Shown here piece by piece: positions 1-11,046 of a stretch of 64,000 nt of DNA; the first letter of the stretch is position 1, and each line of letters opens with the position of its first letter. Where the stretch lies: positions 800,001 to 864,000 of the forward strand of contig CAWANJ010000009.1 in the NCBI GenBank assembly GCA_963783385.1. The letters are read 5' to 3'. A model generated the notes under the pieces. The model saw only the letters and a program-made list of their open reading frames with translations, did not search any database and had not been told where the DNA came from. The position numbers were made by a program, and so were the translations under genes. Origin of the DNA: an uncultured Gemmatimonadales bacterium (GTDB lineage Bacteria; Gemmatimonadota; Gemmatimonadetes; Palauibacterales; Palauibacteraceae).

Positions 1-139
1 GCCGGGTGGTGGCGCACGGTGAGCTGATGGGGACGTACCGCCGGCGGTAGACGGCTCCTCGAACAGGAGCGGTCCCGGCCACTCGCGACCGGATCAGAAC
101 GGCGGTGGACGACCTTCGCCAGCGGCCCTAGCTTGGATC

Positions 140-2020
140 GTGATGGACGCCCACCGCCATGGCTCCCGCATCGCTCCACGCACGGCCACGGGTCTCCTGC
201 TCGTCGCCGCTGTCCTCGGCGGCCGACCCTCCGGGCGTGAGTCGGCTCCAGGGCCCGCGCCCCCGGACCCCGCCGACTCCAGCGCGGTCGAAGCCGCCGC
301 CCGCCGAGCCCAGGCTCGCTTCGAGCGCGACCGCCGGCGCAGGCTGCCCATCCAGCGCGTCGCCTACGGCCCGTGCCCCGAGCGGGTGGGTCGGTTCTGC
401 CACTGGTTCGAGGACGACGGAGTGGAGCCCCGTCCCGAGCCGGCGTCCATCGGGCCCCTGCGGCTAGAGCTTCTCGCCCGGCTGGATTCCGCCTTCTCCC
501 GTCTGCCCGGCTCCCGCTGGATCTCCGGCCAGCGGGTCCGCTACCGGATCGAGGCCGGCCGGCCCGCCGATGCCCTGGCCGCCGCCCGCGCCTGCCGCGC
601 CTCCAGCGCATGGTGCTCGCGCCTGGCCGGGATGGCTCTGCACGCGCTGGGCCGGGAGCGGGAGGCGGAGGCGGCCTTCCGCTCGGCGCTCCGCGCCGAG
701 ACGCCGGCCGAGCGCTGCAAGTCCGAGGACGTATCGGTCCTCCTCGAGGGTGAGGCCAGGTCCCACTACGAGCGGCTCTCCTGCCCCGGTGCCGGGCGCC
801 GGGTGTTCGACCGGCGCTTCTGGTGGCTCGCCGACCCACTCTACCTGGAGCCCGGCAACGAGCGCTGGGTCGAGGACCAGGTCCGCCGAGTCACGAGTGC
901 CCTCCAGGAGGAGGCGGCGTCGCCCTACGACGTGCGGTGGGGAGAAGACCTCACCGAGCTCACGCTGCGCTACGGGTGGCCCGCGTGGTGGGAACGGGTG
1001 CCCGAGGACCCGCTGCGTCCCGGCGACCTCGACAGCTGGATCGCGCACGACCCGCCACACGGACTATCCTTCCTTCCGAGCGTCGATCCCCTGACGCCGC
1101 CGGCCGAGCTCGCGCCCGGTGCGTGGCGCCTGGACGACGCCCGTCCGCGGACCACCTACGCCACGTCGTACGCGGACACCTTCGTGCGTCTGCCCGGCCG
1201 ACCGATCGTGTTCCGGCGCGCGGACTCCGTCCTCGTCATCGGGGCCTTCGCGCTCCCGGAGGGATCCCCGGCGGCAGGCGGGACTCGGCCGGCAGCCGCC
1301 CCCGGGCCGGCTCTCCTCCTCCTCGCGGGGGGCCCCGACGACATCTACGGGCGTGCGGAACGCGCGACGGCGGCCGGCCGTGGCGTGCTGGTCGCCAGGG
1401 CCCCGGCGCGAGGCCTCCTGGTCGCGATCGAGGTCCTGGACCGTCGGCGGCGAGTGGCCGCGCGCCTGCGCCGGGGCCTGCCCCTGCGGGCTCCGCCCGA
1501 CGGGACCCCGGCCATCTCGGGGCTGCTGGCCGGTCCGCCGATCGTGGACCGCGGCGCGGGGGCCGGGGCCTCGGGTCCGCTTCCCATCACCGGCGCTGAC
1601 CCCGTCGGCATGGCCACGGAGCTCCGCCTCGCGGGTCCGGGGCCCGCCGCGGCCCCGGTGGCGCGGCCGGGCCGGTCGGTCGAACTCTACTGGGAGCTGT
1701 ACGGGCTCCCTCCGCTCGGCACCGCGCTGGGGATCGAGGTCACCCTCCGCGAGGACGAGGCGAGGTCCTTCGATCCGGTTCGCCCGGCCCTCCCGTCCCG
1801 CACGCGGCCCCGGGTGCGGCTCGCGTGGACCGAGGTCCGTGGCGAGCGAGCGAGCGCCTACCCCCACCGGGTCACGCTCTCGTTGCCGACGTCCCTGAAG
1901 GCCGGCGTCTACGCCGTCGAGGTCCGCGTCTCGATCCCGGGCTGGACGGAGCTCGTGAGCCGGGCTCCCATCCTGGTGCGGGCGCCTCCGGCCACGGAAA
2001 CCGAAAAACTACATTCGTAG
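140..2020 (+). CDS. Exported hypothetical protein with TPR-like and GWxTD-like region
   Basis: 626-aa ORF with an N-terminal hydrophobic stretch, TPR-like helices (LAGMALHALGREREAEAAFRSAL) and a FWWLADPLYLEPGNERWVE...RYGWP segment reminiscent of GWxTD-type proteins. Confidence 0.6.
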   Translation: MMDAHRHGSRIAPRTATGLLLVAAVLGGRPSGRESAPGPAPPDPADSSAVEAAARRAQARFERDRRRRLPIQRVAYGPCPERVGRFCHWFEDDGVEPRPEPASIGPLRLELLARLDSAFSRLPGSRWISGQRVRYRIEAGRPADALAAARACRASSAWCSRLAGMALHALGREREAEAAFRSALRAETPAERCKSEDVSVLLEGEARSHYERLSCPGAGRRVFDRRFWWLADPLYLEPGNERWVEDQVRRVTSALQEEAASPYDVRWGEDLTELTLRYGWPAWWERVPEDPLRPGDLDSWIAHDPPHGLSFLPSVDPLTPPAELAPGAWRLDDARPRTTYATSYADTFVRLPGRPIVFRRADSVLVIGAFALPEGSPAAGGTRPAAAPGPALLLLAGGPDDIYGRAERATAAGRGVLVARAPARGLLVAIEVLDRRRRVAARLRRGLPLRAPPDGTPAISGLLAGPPIVDRGAGAGASGPLPITGADPVGMATELRLAGPGPAAAPVARPGRSVELYWELYGLPPLGTALGIEVTLREDEARSFDPVRPALPSRTRPRVRLAWTEVRGERASAYPHRVTLSLPTSLKAGVYAVEVRVSIPGWTELVSRAPILVRAPPATETEKLHS

Positions 2021-2170
2021 GCGATGGGTGGCGCGGAACGGAGATATCGATTAATTTTGACGTGGTGAATTTGGGGGTTCATGTTCACGAACGGGTACGG
2101 GAACGGTGCGATTCTCGGAGGGTATGGCTGTGATGATGGAAAGCACGCGCAGGCTCCACGGGAGGGCACC

Positions 2171-3718
2171 ATGTTGAACCCGTCTCGACGCGGCCTGGTC
2201 GTGCGATCGATCGCCCTGGTCGCCGGAGGCCTCGTGTGTACGGCCCTCGCCCTGCCCTCGTCTCTGCACGCGCAGGCGGAGGGAGCCGCCGTTTCGAACC
2301 GGCTCCGGGTGCGCCTCGCCGCCACGGGGACCCGGGACTTCCTGGCCACCTACGCCCACGTCTCGGTGTCCGAGCCCGCCTACGTGGCGGTGTTCGAGAT
2401 CCACCCGGACGTCGGCGCCCTCATGGTCTACCCCGTCACGAACCCGCGCCGGCAGCGCCTGCAGCGCGCGGTCTCGTTCGACCTCACGGACCTGGTCCTG
2501 GACCAGTACCGCCGGGAGTTCCGACGGCTGTCGTTCGCGAGGTTCACGTATGCCTCGCACGTCCGGACGCGCGGCTACCTGGTGGCGATCGCCTCGCGGC
2601 GCCCCCTGAACACCAGCCTCCTCGCTTCGGGCCGCATCCTGGAGTACCCGGGCGGCGCGGCCGAGCCCTACGACATCGTGGACGAGCTCGTGTCGCTCCT
2701 CGTCCCGGCGCAGCCCGCCGGCGACTGGAGCTACGACATCTACGGCTTCTTCAACGACCAGGAGCCGGCACTCGCCTACCTGATGGCGCCCGGCTACTTC
2801 TATCCCGAGCGCTCCCTGTACGGCTACCCCGGGAGCTTCTGCTACGGCAGCGGCTTCGCCTTCTACTTCGGCCTCTATCCGGGCGCGTTCTACGGGCGGT
2901 GCGGCGCCAGAGCCTACGACTGGTTTTCGTGGTACGGCCCGGGCCTCGCCTACGGCGGCTGGCCCTGGGGCTGGGGCTACGGGCACGGCTGGGGTTACGG
3001 CCCCTCCTTCCCGCGCGGACAGCCCCGCACGGCGGGCCCCGTCGACACCCAGGGCATGACGCCCGGTACGCCGCGCGACCGTGATCGGCACATCGTGGTG
3101 GACGGTGGGCCCGGATCGGCCGTCGTGGCCGGCCGAGTGGCCGAGGGCCGGCACCAGCGAAAGGGCGTGACCGACTCCGGGAAGAAGTCGAGCGCCCGGA
3201 GCCCGGACCCGGTGGACGCGGCCGAGCGCTTCCGGGAGATCCTCGACCAGCTCGGGGACGCCCGCAGCACCGAGGCGATCGGTCCGGCCTTCGTGGTACA
3301 GAACGAGGCCGCCTTCGCCCGCGCGGGCCTGCGGGCGACGCCGCTCCTCGGCTACCGGATGCGGGCCCAGGCGCTCGAGGCCCAGAACCGTCTGGAGCAC
3401 CGGCTGCAGTCCATGGGCGTGCCCGCCGGCCAGGCGATGCAAGCCGCTGGACGGGCGGGCGGCGCGCCGAGGATCGGCTTTCGCGGACAGGCGGGCGCCA
3501 CGGTGATCCGGAGGTCCGCGCCGCCGCCTGCCTCCGCGGGTAGCGGCGGAGCCGCGGCGCACCGGCCCTCGGCCGTCCGGGGCGCGAGACGCGTGCAGCG
3601 GGTTCACGTGTCACGTCCGGCGTCGCCGAGGCCGCGCGCGGTGTCGAGGCCGGCTCCTCGGGCGCCACGCCCGCATGGGGGCAGCTCCAGCCACGGTGGA
3701 GGGCACGGACAGCTCTAG
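2171..3718 (+). CDS. Secreted hypothetical protein (DUF4384-like N-terminus; Gly/Tyr-rich and disordered C-terminus)
   Basis: ATG at 2171 after GGAGGG; signal peptide ending LHA-Q; AYVAVFEI..D.....MVYP and GYLVAIAS motifs. Confidence 0.6.
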   Translation: MLNPSRRGLVVRSIALVAGGLVCTALALPSSLHAQAEGAAVSNRLRVRLAATGTRDFLATYAHVSVSEPAYVAVFEIHPDVGALMVYPVTNPRRQRLQRAVSFDLTDLVLDQYRREFRRLSFARFTYASHVRTRGYLVAIASRRPLNTSLLASGRILEYPGGAAEPYDIVDELVSLLVPAQPAGDWSYDIYGFFNDQEPALAYLMAPGYFYPERSLYGYPGSFCYGSGFAFYFGLYPGAFYGRCGARAYDWFSWYGPGLAYGGWPWGWGYGHGWGYGPSFPRGQPRTAGPVDTQGMTPGTPRDRDRHIVVDGGPGSAVVAGRVAEGRHQRKGVTDSGKKSSARSPDPVDAAERFREILDQLGDARSTEAIGPAFVVQNEAAFARAGLRATPLLGYRMRAQALEAQNRLEHRLQSMGVPAGQAMQAAGRAGGAPRIGFRGQAGATVIRRSAPPPASAGSGGAAAHRPSAVRGARRVQRVHVSRPASPRPRAVSRPAPRAPRPHGGSSSHGGGHGQL

Positions 3719-4818
3719 CCCGGGGACCGCACCATCCTCCCCCCCGCCTCTCCAGCCGGTGAGTCGCGGCGCGTCTCGCCGTGCTGGAGGATCCACAGGT
3801 GCCCTGGCGGCTCGGCCGCATCCCACGCCGCCCGTAGTCGCCGCGGCGGCTCCTCCATCGGCTCGTCGGTGAGCCGGAAGGTGCCCCAGTGCATCGGCAC
3901 CATGGCGCCGGCTTCCGCGTCCCTTCCCAGGTTCAGGTCGCGCCAGGCCTGCACAGCCTCCTCGGGGCTCATGTGCACGGGGCGCATGAACCAGCGAGGC
4001 TCGTAGGCCCCGATCGGGAGCAGGGCCGCGTCGAAAGGCCCGAGCCGCCCGCCGATCGCGCCGAACTCGGGGTGGTAGCCCGTATCGCCGGCGAAGAACA
4101 CCCGCCTTCCCCCCGCCTCCACGCTCCAGCCGCACCACAGCCTCCGGTTGCGGTCGAAGAGGCCACGCGAGGCGAAGTGGCGTGCCGGCGTGCAGGTGAC
4201 CCGGACCGGGGCGCCTCGCACCTCCTGCTGGACGTCCTCCCACCAGTCCAGCTCTCGCGCTCCCTCGACCCCCCAGCGCGACACGAGCTCGGCCAAGCCG
4301 ACGGGCACGATCCAGCGCGCCGCCGGCTGCAGGCGAACCAGGCGCCGGACGGTGTCGGCGTCCAGGTGGTCGTAGTGGTCGTGGGAGACGAGGACCAGGT
4401 CCAGCGGAGGCAGCTCGGACAGATCGAGGGGCGGGGGCACCCAGCGCACGGGCCCGGCGAATCCGACCGGCGAGGCTCGACGGCTCCAGATGGGATCGGT
4501 GAGCACGTTGACGGGCCCGAGCTGGAGCAAGGCGCTGGCGTGCCCCAGCCAGGTCACCGCCAGCTCGCCGTCCGCCGCCCGAGGACGGGCCGGCGTCGGA
4601 CCGGTCGTGGGGAACAGGTCCGGGTCGCGGCGCTCGAACAACGCCTCCAGCTTTCGCCGGGAGAAGCTCCAGCGGAGAAACTGGAGTAGGCCGTGACGGA
4701 GATCACCCGGCCACGGGTTGCGGAACCGTCCGTCGGAGCGCCGGTGCAGCGACCCGGGCGGGGGCACTTCGGCGCCGGCGCCGGCCGGGGGCGCGTCGCG
4801 TCCGCGGGGCGGATTCAT
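3715..4818 (-). CDS. MBL-fold metallo-hydrolase (NAPE-PLD/RomA-like)
   Basis: GRFRNPW, TWLGHAS, SHDHYDHLD, FFAGDTGY, LPIGAYEPRWFM and PMHWGTF motifs; start placed at ATG 4818. Confidence 0.9.
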   Translation of the reverse strand: MNPPRGRDAPPAGAGAEVPPPGSLHRRSDGRFRNPWPGDLRHGLLQFLRWSFSRRKLEALFERRDPDLFPTTGPTPARPRAADGELAVTWLGHASALLQLGPVNVLTDPIWSRRASPVGFAGPVRWVPPPLDLSELPPLDLVLVSHDHYDHLDADTVRRLVRLQPAARWIVPVGLAELVSRWGVEGARELDWWEDVQQEVRGAPVRVTCTPARHFASRGLFDRNRRLWCGWSVEAGGRRVFFAGDTGYHPEFGAIGGRLGPFDAALLPIGAYEPRWFMRPVHMSPEEAVQAWRDLNLGRDAEAGAMVPMHWGTFRLTDEPMEEPPRRLRAAWDAAEPPGHLWILQHGETRRDSPAGEAGGRMVRSPG

Positions 4819-4987
4819 GGGATCCAATGTGGAGCCGGTGCGGGCGCCGCGATACCCGACCGGGGGCGGGGCACCTCGAACGCGGAACGGACGTTGCCCA
4901 TACGGGTCCCTATACGGGTATGCTCGCCATGGAGATGGGCCGGGACGGACGCGGGCGAGCCGGAAATCCGACGTGAGGCGGTGGAGC

Positions 4988-7900
4988 ATGGCGGCAGGCA
5001 GGCGACGCTGGATGGCGCTGGTGATCGCGGTTGTGGCGGCGGCCCTCTTCTCTCCGGTCGGCGCCCGCGCCCAGTACTTCGGCCGCAACCAGGTCCGATA
5101 CAAGTCGTTCGAGTTCCGGGTGCTCGCCACCGAGCACTTCGACATCTACTACTACCCGGGCGAGGAGCAGCTGGCCGAGAACACGGGCCGCATGGCCGAG
5201 CGCTGGTACTCGCGCCTGTCGCGGCTCATGGACGACGACCTCAACGGACGCCAGCCCCTCATCATGTACGCCACGCGCCAGGCGTACGACCAGACCAACA
5301 TCGCCAACGTGGCCGGGAGCGAGGGCGTCACCGAGCCCTTCCGCCGGCGGGTGGTCCTGTTCTCCCAGGGCCCGCTGGCCGCCACCGACCACGTGATCGG
5401 CCACGAGCTCGTCCACGCCTTCCAGTACGACATCTCGGGCATCGACCCCACCACGCCCCTGTACGGGGCTCCCTCCATGAACGGCCTGCCCTCCTGGATG
5501 ATCGAGGGCATGGCGGAGTACCTGTCCAAGGGGCCCAACGACCCGCTGACCGCGACGTGGGTGAGGGACGCGCTCCGCAGCAAGGACGTGAAGCTCCCGA
5601 ACCTCCGCGACCTCGAGAATCCCCGGTACTTCCCGTACCGCTGGGGCCAGGCGCTGTGGGCCTACATCGGCGGGGTGTGGGGCGACAGCACGGTCCAGCG
5701 CATCTACAGGACCGCGCTGCGCACGGGCCGGGCCGGGCCGGCCATCCAGGTGGTGACCGGGTTGCCGGCCGACACCGTGATCCAGCGCTGGCACGACGCC
5801 ATCCAGCGGGAATGGGGTCCCCTCGTCGACCAGACCAAGCAGCCGGACGCGTTCGGCAAGCGGATCATCGAGGGTTCGAAAGACGTGATGTACAACGTGG
5901 GTCCGTCCGTGAGCCCCGACGGCAAGCGGGTGGCCTACCTCTCCACCAAGAGCCGGTTCTCGATGGACCTGTACCTGGCCGACGCGAACACCGGCCAGGT
6001 GATCCGCCAGGTCACCAAGACCGCGTTCGACCCGCACTTCGGGAACCTGGAGTCGGAGAGCTCGGCGGGCGCCTGGGCGCCGGACAACCGGCGCTTCGCG
6101 CTGGCCGCCGTGTCCGGCGATCAGCCGGTCATCGCCATCTACGACATGGACACGGGCAGCAAGGTCAAGGAGCTGCCCATGAAGGACCTGGGCCAGGTGT
6201 ACAACCCGACCTGGTCGCCCGACGGACGGCGAATCGCGTTCGTGGCCATGAAGGGCGGCCTCCTGGACCTGTACGTCGTCGACGTGGACTCGGGCGCGGT
6301 CACCCGGCTCACCCACGACGAGTTCACCGAGCTCGAGCCGGACTGGTCCCCCGACGGAAGCCGCATCGCCTACGTCACCGACCGGTTCGGGGCCAACATG
6401 GGCGACCTGCACATGGGGCACTACCGGCTGGCTTCCGTGGACACGACCGGCGGCGACATCCGGGCCCTGCCGTCCTTCGACAGCGCCACCAACATCAACC
6501 CGACCTGGGCGCCGGACGGGAAGACCGTGTACTTCGTGGCCGATCCCACGGGCATCCCCGACATCTACCGGGCCGACGTGGCCGCGGGCCAGATCCGGCG
6601 CGTGACCAACGTGCTGGGAGGCATCGGTGGGATCACCGAGCTGAGCCCCGCGATGTCCGTGTCCTCGCAGACCGGCGCCGTCGTGTTCAGCGCCTTCGTG
6701 AACGGCTCGTTCAGCGTCTACCGGATCGACGATCCCAAGGTGCTGGCCGGGACGGCCGACACGACGACGACGTTCGCCGACGCCGGGGCGCTGCCACCCC
6801 CCGATCGCGCCAGCTCGGAGGTCGCGACGCTGCTCGGGAACCCGCGGCTCGGCCTTCCGGACGCCGCCACCTTCCAGCGTCACGACTACAACGCGGCCCT
6901 CGGCCTGGACTACATCTCCCAACCCTCGCTCGGGGCCGGGATCAGCTCGTTCGGGAGCTACGTCGGGGGAGGCGCGGCGCTCCTGTGGGGCGACATGCTG
7001 GGGAACCACTCCCTCATCACCCAGCTCCAGCTCCAGATCGTCAACGGGAACGTCCTCAACGGCATCGGCGCGGTCGCCACCTACGTCAACCGGACGCACC
7101 GGCTGAACTGGGGCATCCAGGCGGGACAGATCCCGCAGTTCTCGCAGTACTACGGAGGGAGCGGCTGCGGGACGCAGAACGGGCGGCTGGTGTGCGCGGA
7201 CGTGATCTACGACTTCTGGCAGACGAACCGGCGGGCCCTGGGCATGGCCATCTACCCGCTCAGCTCGGTCATGAGGCTGGAGTTCCAGGGCGGGATCGAG
7301 CAGATCGGCTTCCACGCGGAGACCGAGACCCAGATCTTCGACTACATCACGGGTCAGCAGCTCAGCAACAACAGGGTCAACGCGGCGGCCTGCTCCGACA
7401 CCACGTCCTTCCTGACCAGCTTCTGCGAGCCCGGCTCCCTCACCGAGGGAACGGCCTCGGCCGCGCTCGTCTACGACAACTCGATCTCCGGCCCGACGGG
7501 GCCGATCCTCGGCCACCGGTTCCGCATCGAGGCCGATCCGTCGGCCGGGACCCTGAACTACGTCTCCGCGCTGGCCGACTTCCGCGAGTACGTCATGCCC
7601 TTCTGGCCGGTGACGCTCGCGGGCCGGGTCATGCAGTACGGCCGCTACGGGAGCGGGGCCGGGGACGACCGCCTCGGCATCCTGTTCCTGGGCTACCCGA
7701 CCCTGGTGCGCGGCTACAACTACAGGTCGTTCAGCACGGCCAACTGCGACCCGACCCAGCCGATCTCCCAGTGCTCGGAGATCAGGGTGTACAACGAGCT
7801 GTTCGGCAGCCGCATGGCGGTGGCCAACGCGGAGCTGCGCATCCCGCTCACCGGGCCGATCGGGGTGTTCCACACGGGCTCGCTGGTGCCGCCCGTCGAC

Positions 7901-8119
7901 CTGTTCGGGTTCGTGGACGGTGGCGTGGCCTGGGGCCGTAACCCGGTCACGGCCAGCGACCAGAACTTCAACCTGAACCGGTACGGCGTGTCGAGCGCGG
8001 GTTTCGGCGGGAGGCTGAACCTGTTCGGCTTCGCGGTGGCGGACGTCTACTGGGTGAAGCCGTTCCAGAGGCCCGGCAAGGGCGGTTACGTGGGCTTCGA
8101 CCTGTCGCCCGCGTTCTGA
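4988..8119 (+). CDS. Outer-membrane protein: zincin (peptidase MA-like) domain + PD40 beta-propeller + BamA/TamA-like beta-barrel
   Basis: Signal peptide; QYFGRNQVRY; HELVHAFQ and EGMAEY; multiple WSPDG repeats; VRGY and ELRIP motifs; C-terminal Phe. Confidence 0.85.
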   Translation: MAAGRRRWMALVIAVVAAALFSPVGARAQYFGRNQVRYKSFEFRVLATEHFDIYYYPGEEQLAENTGRMAERWYSRLSRLMDDDLNGRQPLIMYATRQAYDQTNIANVAGSEGVTEPFRRRVVLFSQGPLAATDHVIGHELVHAFQYDISGIDPTTPLYGAPSMNGLPSWMIEGMAEYLSKGPNDPLTATWVRDALRSKDVKLPNLRDLENPRYFPYRWGQALWAYIGGVWGDSTVQRIYRTALRTGRAGPAIQVVTGLPADTVIQRWHDAIQREWGPLVDQTKQPDAFGKRIIEGSKDVMYNVGPSVSPDGKRVAYLSTKSRFSMDLYLADANTGQVIRQVTKTAFDPHFGNLESESSAGAWAPDNRRFALAAVSGDQPVIAIYDMDTGSKVKELPMKDLGQVYNPTWSPDGRRIAFVAMKGGLLDLYVVDVDSGAVTRLTHDEFTELEPDWSPDGSRIAYVTDRFGANMGDLHMGHYRLASVDTTGGDIRALPSFDSATNINPTWAPDGKTVYFVADPTGIPDIYRADVAAGQIRRVTNVLGGIGGITELSPAMSVSSQTGAVVFSAFVNGSFSVYRIDDPKVLAGTADTTTTFADAGALPPPDRASSEVATLLGNPRLGLPDAATFQRHDYNAALGLDYISQPSLGAGISSFGSYVGGGAALLWGDMLGNHSLITQLQLQIVNGNVLNGIGAVATYVNRTHRLNWGIQAGQIPQFSQYYGGSGCGTQNGRLVCADVIYDFWQTNRRALGMAIYPLSSVMRLEFQGGIEQIGFHAETETQIFDYITGQQLSNNRVNAAACSDTTSFLTSFCEPGSLTEGTASAALVYDNSISGPTGPILGHRFRIEADPSAGTLNYVSALADFREYVMPFWPVTLAGRVMQYGRYGSGAGDDRLGILFLGYPTLVRGYNYRSFSTANCDPTQPISQCSEIRVYNELFGSRMAVANAELRIPLTGPIGVFHTGSLVPPVDLFGFVDGGVAWGRNPVTASDQNFNLNRYGVSSAGFGGRLNLFGFAVADVYWVKPFQRPGKGGYVGFDLSPAF

Positions 8120-8385
8120 GGCCCTGACGGCGCGGGATCGCCGGGGCGCCGGTCGTGCGCCCCGGCCTCCCTCAACACCTCGGTCACTTCACGCCCCTCG
8201 ACCGCGACCTTCCGGTGGAGGTCCCAGACGAGCCACGTCCGGGCGTCGTTCAGATGCGCCTGGAGCTGCGCCTGGTTCTCCTCGTCCCGGAGGGCCGGGT
8301 CGGCGGCCAGGCGCTCGAGCTCCCCGATCCAGTCCGTGATCTCGTCGGCGGGGCTGAACCGCCCCACCGGCGGCTGCAGGTTCAC
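8086..8385 (-). CDS. Small hypothetical protein
   Basis: GTG overlaps the TGA of the upstream M1 peptidase (GTGA); helical, protein-like composition. Confidence 0.4.
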   Translation of the reverse strand: MNLQPPVGRFSPADEITDWIGELERLAADPALRDEENQAQLQAHLNDARTWLVWDLHRKVAVEGREVTEVLREAGAHDRRPGDPAPSGPQNAGDRSKPT

Positions 8386-10502
8386 GACCCGCCCGTCCAG
8401 CGGTCGTTGTCCGGCCGCACGTCGGGCAGCCGGTGGTCCGGGTCGAGGGCCACCGAGACCAGGGGCCGCGTGGAGGCGTAGCGGAAGGTGTACGTCCCGC
8501 CGGTCTCCCAGATCTCGACCGGCAGCCGCACCGTGCCGGTCGCCCCTCCCTCCTGCTCCACCCGGACCGTGGTCGGCATCGGCAGTCGGCCCAGGTTGGC
8601 GATCGTGATCAGCGAGCCCTTCGAGGGGTCCCCGTCCACGTAAGCGATTTTCCGCACCGCCTGGTCCAGGCGCCAGTCCCGCAGGAACCACCCCTTCCAG
8701 AACCAGCCCAGGTCCTCCCCGGCCACGTCGTCGATGGTGCGGAAGAAGTCGGCGGGCTGCGGGTGCCTGTAGGCCCACCGGCGGATGTACGCTCGGAAGG
8801 CCCGGTCGAAGCGGTCGGGGCCCAGGATGTACTCCCGCAGCAGTACGAGGCCCAGCGCCGGCTTGTAGTAGGAGACAGGGTGGCGGTAGGCGCCCGCGAC
8901 CGCGTCCGCCCTCGAGTCGATGGGCGGGGCGTTCGGATCGAGGAGGAGCGGTACGATCTCGCGGGCCGGGTCGCCTCCCTTCGGGGCGTACTCCCCGTCG
9001 CGCTTGGGCGCATACTCGCCCCCGTTGAACGCGTCCGAGGCGTAGATGTCGATGAAGGTGTTGAATCCCTCGTCCATCCAGGCGTGACGGCGCTCGTCCG
9101 ATCCGACGACCATCGGGAACCACTCGTGCCCGAATTCGTGCGCGGTGACGCCCCACAGCCCCTTCCCCCTGGCCCGCGCGCTGCAGAACACGATGCCCGG
9201 GTACTCCATGCCGCCCACCGGGCCACCCACGTTGACGGCGGTGGGATAGGGATAGGGATACCAGTGCTTGGAGAAGATCTGGATGGCCCCCTTCGTATAC
9301 TCCGTGGACCGCCCCCAGGCCGAGTCCCCCGCCGCCTCCTGCGGGTAGGCCGACATGGCCAGGGCGTGCCGCCCGCCGGGCAGGTCGATGCGGGCCGCAT
9401 CCCAGATGAAGGCCGGGGAGGCCGCGAACGCCACGTCGCGGGTATGGTCCATGTGGAAGTGCCACGTCAGCGGCCCGCTCCCGGAGGGTCGCGTGGCGGG
9501 CTGCCCGACCTCGCTCGCGCTCCGGATGAACACGGTCCTTTCGCTGCCGCGGGCCTCTTCCAGCCGCTGGCGCTGCCGTGCCGTGAGGACTCCGTCCGGG
9601 TTCAGCAGGCGGCCGGAGCCCACCACCAGGTAGCTCCTCGGTACCTGGACCGAGTAGTCGATGTCGCCGTAGTCCAGGTAGAACTCGCCCGTGCCCAGGA
9701 AGGGCAGCGTGTTCCACCCGCGCACGTCATCGTACACGGCCATGCGCGGGTACCACTGCGCCAGGTCGAACAGGGGGCCCGCCTTCGTGTCCATCCAGCC
9801 CGTCCGGCCCCGCCCCCCGGCCGGGATCACGAACGAGTAACCGATCTCGATCTGCACCCGGCCTCCGCCCGGGGCGAGGGCCCGCGCCAGCGGAACCTGC
9901 ATGCGCGTTCCCACGATGTGCACGTCCGGATGCTCGCGGCGGTCGCCCTGGACGACCACGACCGAATCGATGCGGTAGCCCTCCGCGTCCGGGCCGGGAG
10001 CCGGCTGGTCCGCCGTGCCCTCGCCGGGGACCAGCGCCCCACCCCGGGCGCCCGCCGCGCGCTCCGAGCGGGAGCCCGGCCGCCGGATGTTCTGGTCGAG
10101 CTGCAGCCACACGAAGCCCAGCGAGTCGGGGCTGGCGTTCGTGTAGGTGATCATCTCGTGGCCCGCGAGCCGGTGCGCGTCCGGCTCGAGGCGGGCCTCG
10201 ATGCGATAATCCGCCCTGTTGGACCAGTAGGAGGGACCGGGGGCGCCGTTCGCGCTGCGGGTCGGCGTGGAGGGAGAGGAGAGGAAGCCGTTGTCGAACG
10301 CGGCGTGCGCGTCGTAGGGCCCGATGGTCGCCGTCGTGTCCGCTTCGGTCACCTCCCCCCGGCCCGAGACCCCGCCCGGCTCCGCAACGGCTCCGCGCGG
10401 CATCGCGAGCGACGCGATCCCGACCAGGAGCGGCAGGGCCCGGAGCCGCCCCCGTGGCCCGGCGGCGAAGGGGCGGCGAACGGATTCGAGTGTGGACTGC
10501 AT
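8382..10502 (-). CDS. M1 family zinc aminopeptidase
   Basis: Signal peptide; [24 protein letters not shown] motifs. Confidence 0.9.
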   Translation of the reverse strand: MQSTLESVRRPFAAGPRGRLRALPLLVGIASLAMPRGAVAEPGGVSGRGEVTEADTTATIGPYDAHAAFDNGFLSSPSTPTRSANGAPGPSYWSNRADYRIEARLEPDAHRLAGHEMITYTNASPDSLGFVWLQLDQNIRRPGSRSERAAGARGGALVPGEGTADQPAPGPDAEGYRIDSVVVVQGDRREHPDVHIVGTRMQVPLARALAPGGGRVQIEIGYSFVIPAGGRGRTGWMDTKAGPLFDLAQWYPRMAVYDDVRGWNTLPFLGTGEFYLDYGDIDYSVQVPRSYLVVGSGRLLNPDGVLTARQRQRLEEARGSERTVFIRSASEVGQPATRPSGSGPLTWHFHMDHTRDVAFAASPAFIWDAARIDLPGGRHALAMSAYPQEAAGDSAWGRSTEYTKGAIQIFSKHWYPYPYPTAVNVGGPVGGMEYPGIVFCSARARGKGLWGVTAHEFGHEWFPMVVGSDERRHAWMDEGFNTFIDIYASDAFNGGEYAPKRDGEYAPKGGDPAREIVPLLLDPNAPPIDSRADAVAGAYRHPVSYYKPALGLVLLREYILGPDRFDRAFRAYIRRWAYRHPQPADFFRTIDDVAGEDLGWFWKGWFLRDWRLDQAVRKIAYVDGDPSKGSLITIANLGRLPMPTTVRVEQEGGATGTVRLPVEIWETGGTYTFRYASTRPLVSVALDPDHRLPDVRPDNDRWTGGS

Positions 10503-10809
10503 GGCTGTCGTCTCCCGGCTGCGGCTCCGACCACCGGCGCCCCGCGCGTCGGCTCGCCGAAGCTAGGGCGCCGACACCGCCCGGCCAAGCGGGGGTGGCC
10601 CCGGCGCCGCGGACTCACCCGGTAATCAATGCGCACGCGCCACACATCGGGGGGCGCTCCGCGACGACCCTCCGCGTAGCGATCGGGGCAATGTCTTGCT
10701 CACCAAGGAGCTACGGAAGCGGAGCTCGGCCAGGATCCGGGCACGACGCTTGACCTGTCGGGGAGGCGGCATGTGCGAACGCCCCACGGGCCAAACCGGG
10801 AGGCACAGG

Positions 10810-10992
10810 ATGGACGTTCTGGCGTCTACACCACGCGAGCACGAGGAGTGGATCGTGGCCGAACTGACCACGGGACGGATTCGGCTGCGGCTGCGGGACG
10901 GCGGCGAGAGCCTCCGGCTGAACCGCGCCGGCACCCCGGCCGACCTCAAGCCGGGCGACGTCGTGAGACTGCCGGCCCGCGACCAAGCCTGA
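10810..10992 (+). CDS. Small hypothetical protein (60 aa)
   Basis: ATG at 10810 after a purine-rich RBS-like sequence; ends LKPGDVVRLP; followed by a hairpin. Confidence 0.4.
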   Translation: MDVLASTPREHEEWIVAELTTGRIRLRLRDGGESLRLNRAGTPADLKPGDVVRLPARDQA

Positions 10993-10995
10993 GCG

Positions 10996-11040
10996 GCCGG
11001 TCCGCCGGCGGCTCCGGGAGGCCGCCGCCGGCCGGACCGG
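10996..11040. terminator. GC-rich hairpin between convergent genes
   Basis: Imperfect inverted repeat ccggtccgccggcggc...gccgccgccggccggaccgg; no U-tract. Confidence 0.35.
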
Positions 11041-11046
11041 CCCGGT

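Noticed and set aside
1-50. Possible 3' end of an upstream gene (RVVAHGELMGTYRRR*)
   Set aside because: Too short to identify or support
4693-7941. Very long alternative-frame and antisense ORFs (1082 aa and 987 aa; similar ones at 14043-16784, 49783-52713 and 60803-63274)
   Set aside because: Arg/Pro/Gly-rich shadow ORFs typical of high-GC DNA, overlapping well-supported genes
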